Below, one piece after another: positions 33,856 through 42,695 of a stretch of DNA of 64,000 nucleotides (positions within the stretch are counted from its first letter, which is position 1; each line of letters starts with the position of its first letter). Made by a program: the position numbers and the translations under genes. This stretch comes from Tardiphaga sp. (GTDB taxonomy: Bacteria; Pseudomonadota; Alphaproteobacteria; Rhizobiales; Xanthobacteraceae): positions 2,631-66,630 of the forward strand of contig NZ_JANXTC010000393.1 of NCBI RefSeq assembly GCF_025356345.1, read 5' to 3'. Below the pieces are notes generated by a model. That model was not told where the DNA came from. It saw only the letters and a program-made list of their open reading frames with translations, and ran no database searches.

Positions 33856-34626
33856 TCAGTTGCTGTTCTGGTGCGCCACGACCGCGGCGCCAAAAGCCTG
33901 AAACAGCGCCCGGTTGATCGGGTTCAGCTGCGGGTCATATTCGGCGTGCCACTGCACACCCAGCGCAAAACCCGGCGCGTCGGCAATGCGAATCGCCTCG
34001 ATGGTGCCGTCGTCGGCGATACCCTCAATGACGACCCGCCTGCCGGGATGGTCGATCCCCTGGCCATGAAGCGAATTCACCGCGATCGTATCCCGGCCGA
34101 TCAGTCGCGCGAAGATGCCATCCGGCGTCAGATGCACCCGATGACGGTCGGCGAAGACGACGGCCGGATCGGGATGGATTTCGCCGCTATCGAGTCGTGG
34201 CATGCGATGGTTGATTCGCCCCGGGATTTCGCGGATTTCAGGATGCAGCGAACCACCAAAGGCGACATTCATTTCTTGCAGGCCGCGGCAGATACCAAAA
34301 ATCGGCACTCCCAAATCGACGCAGGCTTCGCACAGCGCCAGCGCCACGGCGTCGCGGGCATTGTCATAGGGCTCGTGACGAACATGCGGTTCGACGCCGA
34401 ACCGGGTCGGGTGGACATTGGCACGGGCGCCGGTCAGCACGATCCCGTCGACGACGCCAAGCAGGGCACTGATGTCAGACACTTCCGGGATGCCGGCAAA
34501 CATCAGAGGCAGCGCGTTTGCCACCTCGGCCACCGCGCGCAAATTCGCCTCGCCAACCATCTGCACCGAAAAGCGGTTCTCGATGCGATAGGAGTTACCG
34601 ATCACGCCGATTACCGGCCGCTTCAT
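33856..34626 (-). CDS. Gamma-glutamyl-GABA hydrolase-like glutamine amidotransferase (peptidase C26, PuuD-like)
   Basis: RPVIGV, GICRGLQEMNVAFGGSL, VNSLHGQG, GVQWHAE. Confidence 0.9.
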   Translation of the reverse strand: MKRPVIGVIGNSYRIENRFSVQMVGEANLRAVAEVANALPLMFAGIPEVSDISALLGVVDGIVLTGARANVHPTRFGVEPHVRHEPYDNARDAVALALCEACVDLGVPIFGICRGLQEMNVAFGGSLHPEIREIPGRINHRMPRLDSGEIHPDPAVVFADRHRVHLTPDGIFARLIGRDTIAVNSLHGQGIDHPGRRVVIEGIADDGTIEAIRIADAPGFALGVQWHAEYDPQLNPINRALFQAFGAAVVAHQNSN

Positions 34627-34851
34627 GCAGGGTCTCTTTCCACAAAGTTATCCCGTTGCGAGGCAAGATATAGGCCAGCCTTGCCGGCGTGGCGAGACAT
34701 ATAGAATATCATTCTTTTGGGCAGTGCGAAGCGGGAAGACACCGGACCATGCGTTCACGGCGATTCGCCCGTCCCCTACACGTCGGCACACCGCCAAAGC
34801 TGGTGGTGAAACCGGGGTGGCTAACGTGAGCGGGGTGGGGTGGGGTTTGGA

Positions 34852-34926
34852 TGGTGGGCGCGACAGGGATCGAACCTGTGACCCCCTCGATGTCAACGAG
34901 GTGCTCTCCCGCTGAGCTACGCGCCC
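34852..34926 (-). tRNA. tRNA-Val (GAC)
   Basis: Reverse complement GGGCGCGTAGCTCAGCGGGAGAGCACCTCGTTGACATCGAGGGGGTCACAGGTTCGATCCCTGTCGCGCCCACCA: cloverleaf, anticodon GAC, encoded CCA. Confidence 0.97.
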
Positions 34927-35031
34927 TAAGTCCAGTCCTTACGGGTGCGGTCCGTATACCGGGTCAGGTTGAGACAGGCAAGGACGCCGAAGCGCCAATC
35001 CCTGTCTCTTTTCAAAAAAAGCGGACTTGCC

Positions 35032-35391
35032 TCAGGCCGCCAGCATCTTGTTCACTTCACTGACCAACTCACGCAGGTGAACCGGCTTGGCAAGCACCTT
35101 GGCGTTCTTCGGCGCATCCGAATCCGAATTCAGCGCCACGGCTGCGAAGCCGGTGATGAACATGATCTTGATGTCGGGGTCGAGTTCGCTGGCGCGACGC
35201 GCCAGTTCGATGCCGTCCATCTCCGGCATCACGATGTCGGTAAGAAGCATTTCAAACGGCTCCTCGCGCAATCGCTGATAGGCGGATAGCCCGTTATCAT
35301 GGGACGAGACCTGAAAACCGGCGTTTTCCAGCGCCTTGACCAGGAAGCGCCGCATATCGTTGTCGTCTTCGGCAAGGAGAATCTTGTGCAT
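35032..35391 (-). CDS. cpdR: Single-domain response regulator CpdR
   Basis: MHKILLAEDDNDMRRFL, LLTDIVMPEMDGIELARRA, FITGFAAVAL, KPVHLRELV. Confidence 0.92.
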   Translation of the reverse strand: MHKILLAEDDNDMRRFLVKALENAGFQVSSHDNGLSAYQRLREEPFEMLLTDIVMPEMDGIELARRASELDPDIKIMFITGFAAVALNSDSDAPKNAKVLAKPVHLRELVSEVNKMLAA

Positions 35392-35692
35392 GGCGGTTGG
35401 ACGTCGAACCCAATGAGAGGACCTGTGCGAACACTAAGCCTGAGCTCTGGTAAATTTCGGGTGAAGGCCGTGCTCAGGCTCGCAACACTTTGTCCCATGA
35501 CGACGCGCCGGATGCCATCTCAATCGGCACGGGTGGTACTTTAGTGCGAACACAACGGTCGAATTGTTTTTTCGACGGCCGATTTCACTTGGCAGATCGC
35601 GATGGGTTACCGACAATACGCCCTCATAAACAGCGATCTCGCGCCAGGCCGAGTTTGCGGCGTGATCGTAGTCGAGGGATGACGTCCGACCG

Positions 35693-36580
35693 ATGACCCA
35701 GCCTGACGGTGACCTGTCGCCCCCCTTCGAGATTGTCGAGCCCGCGCAGTGGCGCGCGCCGATTATCTTCAACTCTCCCCATTCGGGCTCAGTCTATCCC
35801 GCGGAATTCCTCAGCGCGTCGCGCATCGACGTGGTGGCGCTGCGGCGCTCCGAAGATTCGTTCATGGACGAATTGATTGTTGGCCTGAGCGACCGTGGTT
35901 TTCCCGTCATGCGTGTGCATTTTCCGCGCTCTTATGTGGACGTCAACCGCGAGCCCTACGAGCTCGACCCGCGAATGTTCACCGGACGGCTGCCCAGCTT
36001 TGCCAACACCCGCTCGATGCGCGTCGCCGGCGGGTTGGGGACAATTCCGCGGGTCGTCGGCGACGGCCAGGAGATCTATCGCGAACGGCTGGATGTCGAT
36101 GATGCCCTCGCCCGCATCGAGACGCTGTACAAGCCGTATCATCGCGGACTGCGCCGGCTGATCAACAAGGCACACCAGGCATTCGGCACCGCGATCGTGG
36201 TGGACTGCCATTCGATGCCCTCGATCGGGATTTCTCGCGACGAGCCGCGCCGGCCCGACGTGGTGATCGGCGACCGCTACGGCACCAGTTGCGCCGGCGT
36301 CCTCGTCGATGTGGTGGAATCCACCTTTGGCAGGCTTGGCTATTCGCTGGGGCGGAACAAGCCCTATGCCGGCGGTTTCATCACTGAACATTACGGCAAC
36401 CCGGCCAGCGGCCTGCACGCCATCCAGATCGAGCTCAACCGCGCGATCTATATGGACGAACGGCGCCGCGAGCGCACCGCACGGTTCGACCAGATCGCGG
36501 CTGATTTTACGGTGCTGGCGGATGCGTTGGCCGCGGTGCCACTGACCGAGCTGGGACCTTTCCAGGCCGCCGCCGAATAG
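35693..36580 (+). CDS. N-formylglutamate amidohydrolase
   Basis: FNSPHSGSVYP, RSYVDVNREP, VDCHSMPS, GRNKPYAGGFITEHYG, HAIQIELNR. Confidence 0.92.
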   Translation: MTQPDGDLSPPFEIVEPAQWRAPIIFNSPHSGSVYPAEFLSASRIDVVALRRSEDSFMDELIVGLSDRGFPVMRVHFPRSYVDVNREPYELDPRMFTGRLPSFANTRSMRVAGGLGTIPRVVGDGQEIYRERLDVDDALARIETLYKPYHRGLRRLINKAHQAFGTAIVVDCHSMPSIGISRDEPRRPDVVIGDRYGTSCAGVLVDVVESTFGRLGYSLGRNKPYAGGFITEHYGNPASGLHAIQIELNRAIYMDERRRERTARFDQIAADFTVLADALAAVPLTELGPFQAAAE

Positions 36581-36873
36581 CCGGATCGCTTCCGTTTCCC
36601 CGACCTCCTCCGAACAATTGTCGCGCCAGCAACCACATCATGCGTCAGGCCGGATCGCAGTCGGCTGCCGCGGCTGTCATCATCAGAACGCAACCAATGG
36701 TTGTGAAAACTTTCGGTTTCGAACCCCAGGACTTCGTCAACCGCCAGTCGCTGCAGCGCTTCAGTCCCCCCTCCTGAACGGCAAAATTTTACCGTCGAAA
36801 TTCACTCAACCTTAGATATTATAAATCAACCTCCGAGTGCGAAAAACAATCGCACAACTTTTCAGGAGGTTTT

Positions 36874-37038
36874 ATGAAACGCGTTCTTGCAAGATTCTGG
36901 GCCGACGAGTCGGGCGCCACCGCCATCGAATATGGCCTGATTGCCGCCGGGATTTCGCTGGTGATCATTGCCGCCGTTCAGGGCCTTGGCACCACCCTCA
37001 ATTCCAAATTCGGCGACATCAATACGTCACTGAAATGA
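36874..37038 (+). CDS. Flp/Fap family type IVb pilin (not in the ORF track)
   Basis: 54 aa MKRVLARFWADESGATAIEYGLIAAGISLVIIAAVQGLGTTLNSKFGDINTSLK; Flp motif G-ATAIEYGLI; SD CAGGAGG at 36863-36869. Confidence 0.95.
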   Translation: MKRVLARFWADESGATAIEYGLIAAGISLVIIAAVQGLGTTLNSKFGDINTSLK

Positions 37039-37206
37039 TCGGCCACGCATGATGGCAAACGGCCCGGCCTCTCAGCCGGCTCCGGATGGCCTTTCGCCCG
37101 CGGCGATTCCCGTCATTCACATCCGAGGCTGTCGGGGTGTTACACGGATGCATCGACCGCGGCTTCGAGCCGGGCGCACTAATCATCGCAGCACGCCCCT
37201 CCGACA

Positions 37207-37295
37207 GAAAAAAGGGCCGCTTGCGTTGGCAAGCGGCCCAAGTCTAGGGAGGAAACGCCCAAGGAGGGCAGCGATAACGCGAGGCGTTACCGCAC
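37207..37295 (-). ncRNA. MmgR / suhB-type (alpha-r8) small RNA
   Basis: Minus strand CCCTCCTTGGGCGTTTCCTCCCTAGACTT, then a terminator GGGCCGCTTGC-CAAC-GCAAGCGGCCC-TTTTTT. Carries the UUUCCUCCCU signature. Upstream CTTGCT-N18-CATATT promoter-like spacing. Sits between the N-formylglutamate amidohydrolase and hisN genes. 5' end approximate. Confidence 0.85.
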
Positions 37296-37672
37296 CGCAA
37301 CAATATGCGGCCGCGACGCACAAAGAGCAAGAGTTTTCCTCGATTTCTTCATGCAAATTTTGCATAGGTGACAGGCCAAATTGGCACGCAATCGAGACTA
37401 TTGGCCAATGATATCAGAGGCTTGAAGAAATGACGAAAACGTGATTGATCTTTAGTAGTGAACCAATATTCATTTAATTATGCACTTTTGACGAACGTTG
37501 GGGGATGCGTTGGGGAAATCGAAACGCGATTCATTTACTTATGCGCCCGCGAAAATCCGCTCGGATTGTTGCGATCGGAGATGCGGCCAGCGACACCACG
37601 CGGTATAGCAGGCGGCGAGCCCAAGGTCGGGCACGAGTCCCGGCGAAAACCGGTACCGCAAAGGATGCAGCC

Positions 37673-38452
37673 GTGACGGTCATTGATTTTACTGCCTTCA
37701 TCGGCCGACTGGCGACGGCCTCCGGCGAGACCATCGCACCGTTTTTTCGGACCTCGCTGAGCGTGGACAACAAGAGCAGCTACGATTTCGATCCCGTGAC
37801 CGAGGCCGACCGCGCCGCGGAGGCGGTGATGCGCCGGCTGATCAAGTCGAACTTTCCCCAGCACGGCATCGTCGGCGAGGAATTTGGCAGCGAACGCGAA
37901 GACGCTGAATATGTCTGGGTACTGGATCCGATCGACGGCACCAAGTCCTTCATCTCCGGCTTCCCGATCTGGGGCACGCTGATCGCGTTGCTACACCGGG
38001 GCACCCCGGTCTACGGCATGATGCATCAGCCCTATATCGGCGAACGCTTCAGCGGCGACAGCGGCTCGGCGCGCTACCAGGGGCCCAGCGGTGACCGCAA
38101 GCTGGCAGCGCGGCGCTGCGCTGCGCTCGGCGAGGCTGTGATGTTCACCACCAGCCCGCGGCTGATGAATGACAGCGACCGCGACATCTTCCATGCGGTC
38201 GAGCAAGACGTCCGGCTCAGCCGCTACGGCGGCGATTGCTATTCCTACTGCATGCTGGCCGCCGGCCATGTCGACCTCGTCATCGAAACCGATCTAAAGC
38301 CCTACGATATCGCCGCCCTGATTCCGATCATCACCGGCGCCGGTGGCGTGGTGACGACGTGGGAAGGAAAGCCCGCGCAAGGTGGCGGGCGCATTGTCGC
38401 GGCCGGTGATCCCCGCGTTCACGAAGCGGCGCTGAAACGACTCAACCGCTGA
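37673..38452 (+). CDS. hisN: Histidinol-phosphate phosphatase (inositol monophosphatase family)
   Basis: GTG start MTVIDFTAFIGRL; DPVTEADR, GEEFG, WVLDPIDGTKSF, GGDCYSY, KPYDIAAL. Confidence 0.88.
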   Translation: MTVIDFTAFIGRLATASGETIAPFFRTSLSVDNKSSYDFDPVTEADRAAEAVMRRLIKSNFPQHGIVGEEFGSEREDAEYVWVLDPIDGTKSFISGFPIWGTLIALLHRGTPVYGMMHQPYIGERFSGDSGSARYQGPSGDRKLAARRCAALGEAVMFTTSPRLMNDSDRDIFHAVEQDVRLSRYGGDCYSYCMLAAGHVDLVIETDLKPYDIAALIPIITGAGGVVTTWEGKPAQGGGRIVAAGDPRVHEAALKRLNR

Positions 38453-38774
38453 CGCTGGATCAGCCACGCGGACACGCGCAGCGCGAGTCCTAAAAAAGAC
38501 TTATTCTTGCGGAAATTCGTAAAAAAAGCGAGATTCGTACGCTCCCCGACAAAATAAACTTTGCCTACTCATCATCCGCCGCGTCGCTATCCATTGCAGC
38601 ACAATTGGCTATTGCCTTTTTCGGGTTGCAATCTTGAGTGCCTCTAAGACCGGTACCGTACCGACAAACGCCCACTATGCTTCTTATATCAATGGGTTCC
38701 CGCAGAACGCTATCTCGGAGCGCTCTTCTCACCCCTGCGGAAATACGCCCGACCGATCGGGTAGGTAATCACCT

Positions 38775-39479
38775 TTGACTTTTTCGCATCTTGACCCAAT
38801 GGGCAATCGCTTACTCGCCTCATTACCTCGTGAACATTTTGCATTGCTCGCGCCGCATTTAACGACGTCCACGTTCCCGCAGAATCTCGTGTTGCTCGAG
38901 ACCGGCGACGAGGTCGACCAGATCTACTTCCCGCACAACGGCATGCTGTCGCTGCTGGCCGTGATGAGGGATGGCAAGGCGATCGAAACCGCCACCGTCG
39001 GCCGCGAGGGCGTGGTAGGTGCGATGGCTGGTCTCGGCCTCTACAAATTGATGGTACGCGTCGTCGTACAGTTGCCGACGACAACCAGCAAGATCTCCTC
39101 GTCCAATTTCCGCAAGGTCGTCGCTGGTAGCGAGCCGCTGCGCAACATATGCATCCATTACAATGAGGTGCTGCTGACCCAGGCCCGCATCACCGCTGCC
39201 TGCAATGCCTTGCATCCGGTAGAGGCCCGCTTCGCACGCTGGCTGCTGCAATCGGCTGATCGCGCCGGCACCGACGTCGTCGGGCTGACCCAGGAATTGC
39301 TGGCGGAAATGCTTGGTGTCCGGCGCACCTCGGTGACCGAGGTGGCCGGCAAGCTGCAAAGTGACGGCGTCATCTCCTATTCCCGCGGCGTCATCAAGAT
39401 CGTCGATCGTCCGGCGCTGGAGCGCGTGTCCTGCGAGTGCTACCAGACCCTGATCGATCATTCCGCCACGCTGACCTGA
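38775..39479 (+). CDS. Crp/Fnr family transcriptional regulator
   Basis: NRLLASLP, IETATVGREG, C-terminal HTH LTQELLAEMLGVRRTSVTEVA. Start 38775 (TTG) or 38799 (ATG). Confidence 0.9.
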   Translation: MTFSHLDPMGNRLLASLPREHFALLAPHLTTSTFPQNLVLLETGDEVDQIYFPHNGMLSLLAVMRDGKAIETATVGREGVVGAMAGLGLYKLMVRVVVQLPTTTSKISSSNFRKVVAGSEPLRNICIHYNEVLLTQARITAACNALHPVEARFARWLLQSADRAGTDVVGLTQELLAEMLGVRRTSVTEVAGKLQSDGVISYSRGVIKIVDRPALERVSCECYQTLIDHSATLT

Positions 39480-39588
39480 ACTGCGACTGGTTTCATTCCG
39501 GCATGTCGCACGGCTGGTGGACAGTACCGCCGGCCAGCCGGGGCGCCGCCAGATTGTGCCTTGTTCGGGGATCGGCCAAGATGTCGCC

Positions 39589-40341
39589 ATGCCCGATTCG
39601 ATGATCATTCTGATTGCCGCGGCGTTCGCGCTGGCCGGCTTCGTCAAGGGCGTCATCGGCCTGGGTCTGCCAACGGTGTCGATGGGCCTGCTCGCCGTCG
39701 CCATGCCGCCGGTGCAAGCGCTGGCCATTGTCATCGCCCCTGCCATCTTTACCAATATCTGGCAGACGTTCGTCGGCCCCTATCTGCGCGACATCATCCG
39801 GCGGCTGTGGCCGCTGATGCTGGGTACCGCGGTGGCGATTTGGTCGTGTGGCGGACTTATGATCGGCCCCTACGCACGCTACGCGCCGATCGTGCTCGGC
39901 ATCCTGCTGGTGATCTACGCCATCGTCAGCCTGGTCAAATTTCAATTTATCGTGGCGACGGCCCATGAAGGATGGGTTGGTGGCGTTGTCGGCCTGATTA
40001 CCGGGGCGATCGCGGCCGCCACCGGGATCCAGGTGATCCCCTCGATGCCCTTCATGCAGTCAATCGGCATGGAGAAGGACGAACTGGTACAGGCGCTCGG
40101 GGTCTACTTCACCGTGGCAACGCTGGCGCAGGCCTTCAATCTGTCCAGCGCGGGTGTGCTCAATGCGTCCACCGCTCTGCCCGGACTGGTCGGCATGGCC
40201 GCGGCCTTTGCCGGCATGTTTGTCGGCCAGGCGGTGCGGTCGCGACTACAGCCGGAAGCATTCCGCCGCTGGTTTCTGGTCGCGATGCTGCTGCTCGGAA
40301 TCTATCTCACCGGCAATGCGACCTATGCGTTCTTGAAATAG
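39589..40341 (+). CDS. TauE/SafE-family membrane exporter
   Basis: AGFVKGVIGLGLPTVSMGLL, NIWQ, fully hydrophobic. ATG at 39589. Confidence 0.85.
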   Translation: MPDSMIILIAAAFALAGFVKGVIGLGLPTVSMGLLAVAMPPVQALAIVIAPAIFTNIWQTFVGPYLRDIIRRLWPLMLGTAVAIWSCGGLMIGPYARYAPIVLGILLVIYAIVSLVKFQFIVATAHEGWVGGVVGLITGAIAAATGIQVIPSMPFMQSIGMEKDELVQALGVYFTVATLAQAFNLSSAGVLNASTALPGLVGMAAAFAGMFVGQAVRSRLQPEAFRRWFLVAMLLLGIYLTGNATYAFLK

Positions 40342-40343
40342 CG

Positions 40344-40982
40344 CTACCGGTTCTGCAGCATCGCCATGCGTATTCCGAGCAGGACAAACATGCCGCCGAG
40401 CGCGCGGTTCAGCCAGAGCAATGCGCGCGACGACCGCCGGACCCTGCCAGCCGCCTTCGCCGCGAATGCCGCCATACCGAGATTCCACGCCGTGCCGGTG
40501 CCGATGAAAATCAGACCGAGCGCGATGAAAGCCAGAGCCTTGCTCGGCGCATCCGCCCCGACGAATTGTGGCAGGAACGCCAGGAAGAACAGCGCCACCT
40601 TCGGATTCAGCGCGTTGGTCAGCACGCCCTGCCAGAAGATCTGCCGCATCGTCAGCCCGCGGGGCCCGGACGCGGCCTCCGGCGACAGCGACGGCGCATG
40701 CGAGAGCAACATCCGCACGCCGGCATAGAGCAGATAGGCCGCGCCAATCCATTTCACGACCGTAAAGGCAACGGACGACGCCGCCAGCACCGCCGACAAA
40801 CCGATCGCCGCCGCGAATACATGCACCAGGCACCCGGCACTGATGCCCATCGCCGCCGCGACCCCGCCGCGCCAGCCAACCTGCACGCTACGCCCGACGA
40901 TATAGGCCGTGTCCGGCCCCGGCGTGATGTTGAGCAGCAGTCCGGACAGCACGAACAGCCAGAGCGAATGGATGCCGAGCAT
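40344..40982 (-). CDS. LysE/RhtB family translocator
   Basis: LLNITPGPDT, WIGAAYLLYAG, GVLTNALNPKVALFFLAFLPQF. Confidence 0.92.
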   Translation of the reverse strand: MLGIHSLWLFVLSGLLLNITPGPDTAYIVGRSVQVGWRGGVAAAMGISAGCLVHVFAAAIGLSAVLAASSVAFTVVKWIGAAYLLYAGVRMLLSHAPSLSPEAASGPRGLTMRQIFWQGVLTNALNPKVALFFLAFLPQFVGADAPSKALAFIALGLIFIGTGTAWNLGMAAFAAKAAGRVRRSSRALLWLNRALGGMFVLLGIRMAMLQNR

Positions 40983-40996
40983 GGCGAGATATCCTG

Positions 40997-41944
40997 CTAC
41001 TTGAAAAGCGGTGTACCCGGAACGAAGGCGTCGAACGCGGCCCAGAACTGCTGCCGGTAGCGGTCCTGCTCCTGCAGGATCTCGTGGCGCGATCCGGCGA
41101 TCACCAGATGCGAGCCGCCGCGCAGATGATAAGCGAACTCCTCGATCGCAGGCGTCGACACCACGGTGTCCTGGCTCGCCGCCATCATCAGGATCGGCTG
41201 CCGGATCTTCACCGGGTAGCTGGCCTCGCGAAATTCATGCATCGCCTTGAAGGCGGCATCCGCCCAGGCCACCGTCGGCGAGGCGATGCCGAGCGTCGGG
41301 TCCTCCTCGAGGATCGCGGCATTGCGCGCATAGCGCACGGGATCGCCGGTCAACTGGTTGCTGACAAACGGCGAGTTGCCGACCAGCGTGCCGCCGCCGC
41401 CGGGCACGTAATTGCCGCCCTGCCCGGTCCACCGCATCCCCCGCAGCAGCGCGCGCACCGGAAAGCTGGTGCTGCGGCCCGGCAGGTCGATCATCGGTGC
41501 CGACAGCACCATGCGGTCGAACCAGCGCTTGCCGGCATGGGCAATCCGCAGCATCACCGCGCCGCCCATCGAATGCGCCAGCGCGAAATAGGGTGGCGGG
41601 CAATCCGGCAGTACGATCTGCTGCACGAAGGTTTCCACGTCGATCTCGTAATCAGCGAAGTCGTGGACATAGCCTTTGCGCGGATCGCGCAACTGCCGCG
41701 AAGAATGGCCCTGGCCACACCAGTCGATCATCGCCACCGCGAAACCACGATCGCGCAGGTCGCGCACGGTCTCGAAATATTTCTCGATGCATTCGCCGCG
41801 ACCGGCAAAGACGCAGACCGTGCCCCGGCGGCCAGCCGGCGGCGCCCAGCGCGCGAACCGCAATTCGGCGCCGTCGGGGGTCTTGATGGTGCCGCTGACG
41901 ACGTTGTCCGGAACCGGGTTGGCGGGAATCGAGACAAGCGTCAT
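40997..41944 (-). CDS. Alpha/beta hydrolase (lysophospholipase PldB-like)
   Basis: ATG at 41944; GRGECIEKYFE, DWCGQGHS, AHSMGG nucleophile, GSRHEILQE. Confidence 0.88.
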   Translation of the reverse strand: MTLVSIPANPVPDNVVSGTIKTPDGAELRFARWAPPAGRRGTVCVFAGRGECIEKYFETVRDLRDRGFAVAMIDWCGQGHSSRQLRDPRKGYVHDFADYEIDVETFVQQIVLPDCPPPYFALAHSMGGAVMLRIAHAGKRWFDRMVLSAPMIDLPGRSTSFPVRALLRGMRWTGQGGNYVPGGGGTLVGNSPFVSNQLTGDPVRYARNAAILEEDPTLGIASPTVAWADAAFKAMHEFREASYPVKIRQPILMMAASQDTVVSTPAIEEFAYHLRGGSHLVIAGSRHEILQEQDRYRQQFWAAFDAFVPGTPLFK

Positions 41945-42015
41945 GAGCGGACCGGCTGGGTGAAAATCGCTGGAAATCAAGGGCTGCGGCGCGAAAAAAG
42001 CTTCGTTGGAGACCT

Positions 42016-42044
42016 CTTGCGAGCCGCCTGCCCCCTCCCATATC
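42016..42044 (+). promoter_or_regulatory. RpoH (sigma32)-like heat-shock promoter
   Basis: CTTG (42016-42019)-N17-CCCATATC (42037-42044) upstream of an Hsp20 gene. Confidence 0.55.
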
Positions 42045-42049
42045 ACCTT

Positions 42050-42142
42050 CGTGCAGGCCTGATCTAGGCTGCACGCCATGAAAGCCCGGCCCGATGGCGG
42101 GCGGGTTTGCTTCAATCAGTCGCTCAATGGAGGACTACCATG
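42050..42142 (+). ncRNA. ROSE-type RNA thermometer in the hsp20 5' UTR
   Basis: Three hairpins: CGTGCAG..CTGCACG, AAAGCCC..GCCC..GGGC..GGGTTT, and the SD-masking AGTC-G-CTC-AATG-GAG-GACT (42118-42136) with the bulged G of a UCGCU motif opposite GGAGGA. Confidence 0.75.
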
Positions 42143-42631
42143 CGTACCTATGATCTGACCCCGTTCTACCGTTCCACCGTCGGTTTCGATCGGCTGTTCT
42201 CGCTGCTCGACCAGTCTGGCCAGACTGCGGACAACAGCGCACCCGGCTATCCGCCCTACAACATCGAGCGCACCGGCGAGAACGACTACCGCATCAGCGT
42301 CGCCGTCTCCGGCTTTGCCGCCAATGAACTCTCGATCGTCGCCAAGGAAAATACCCTGACGATCAAGGGCGAAAAGGCCGCCAACGAGAACGCCGCGCCG
42401 CAGGCCGAGGTATTGTACCGTGGCATCGCGGCCCGCGCCTTCGAGCGGGCTTTCCAGCTCGCCGACTTCGTGCAGGTAAAAAATGCCTCGCTGGAGAACG
42501 GCCTGCTGCATGTCGATCTCGTCCGCGAGATTCCGGAAGCCAAGAAGCCGCGCAGCATTCCGATCAGCACCACCAGTGCGGTTGCGGCGCCGAAAATCGT
42601 CGAAGGCTCCGCCGAGCAGGTCGCCGCGTAA
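42140..42631 (+). CDS. Small heat-shock protein, Hsp20/IbpA-like
   Basis: MRTYDLTPFYRSTVGFDRLF, GYPPYNIER, LYRGIAARAFER, LENGLLHVDL. Confidence 0.95.
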   Translation: MRTYDLTPFYRSTVGFDRLFSLLDQSGQTADNSAPGYPPYNIERTGENDYRISVAVSGFAANELSIVAKENTLTIKGEKAANENAAPQAEVLYRGIAARAFERAFQLADFVQVKNASLENGLLHVDLVREIPEAKKPRSIPISTTSAVAAPKIVEGSAEQVAA

Positions 42632-42661
42632 GAAGCTGGTTATCTTACGTTGCCAATAAGC

Positions 42662-42692
42662 ATGCGCCCCGGGAACCGGGGCGCATTTTTTG
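42662..42692 (+). terminator. Intrinsic terminator of hsp20
   Basis: ATGCGCCCCGG-GAA-CCGGGGCGCAT followed by a T-run. Confidence 0.85.
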
Positions 42693-42695
42693 CGA

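Noticed and set aside
34626-34926. Prophage or genomic-island attachment site at tRNA-Val
   Set aside because: No integrase, and no duplicated tRNA 3' end elsewhere in the window; flanking genes are ordinary.
37381-37400. Sigma54 promoter at TTGGCACGCAATCG
   Set aside because: No GC at the -12 position.
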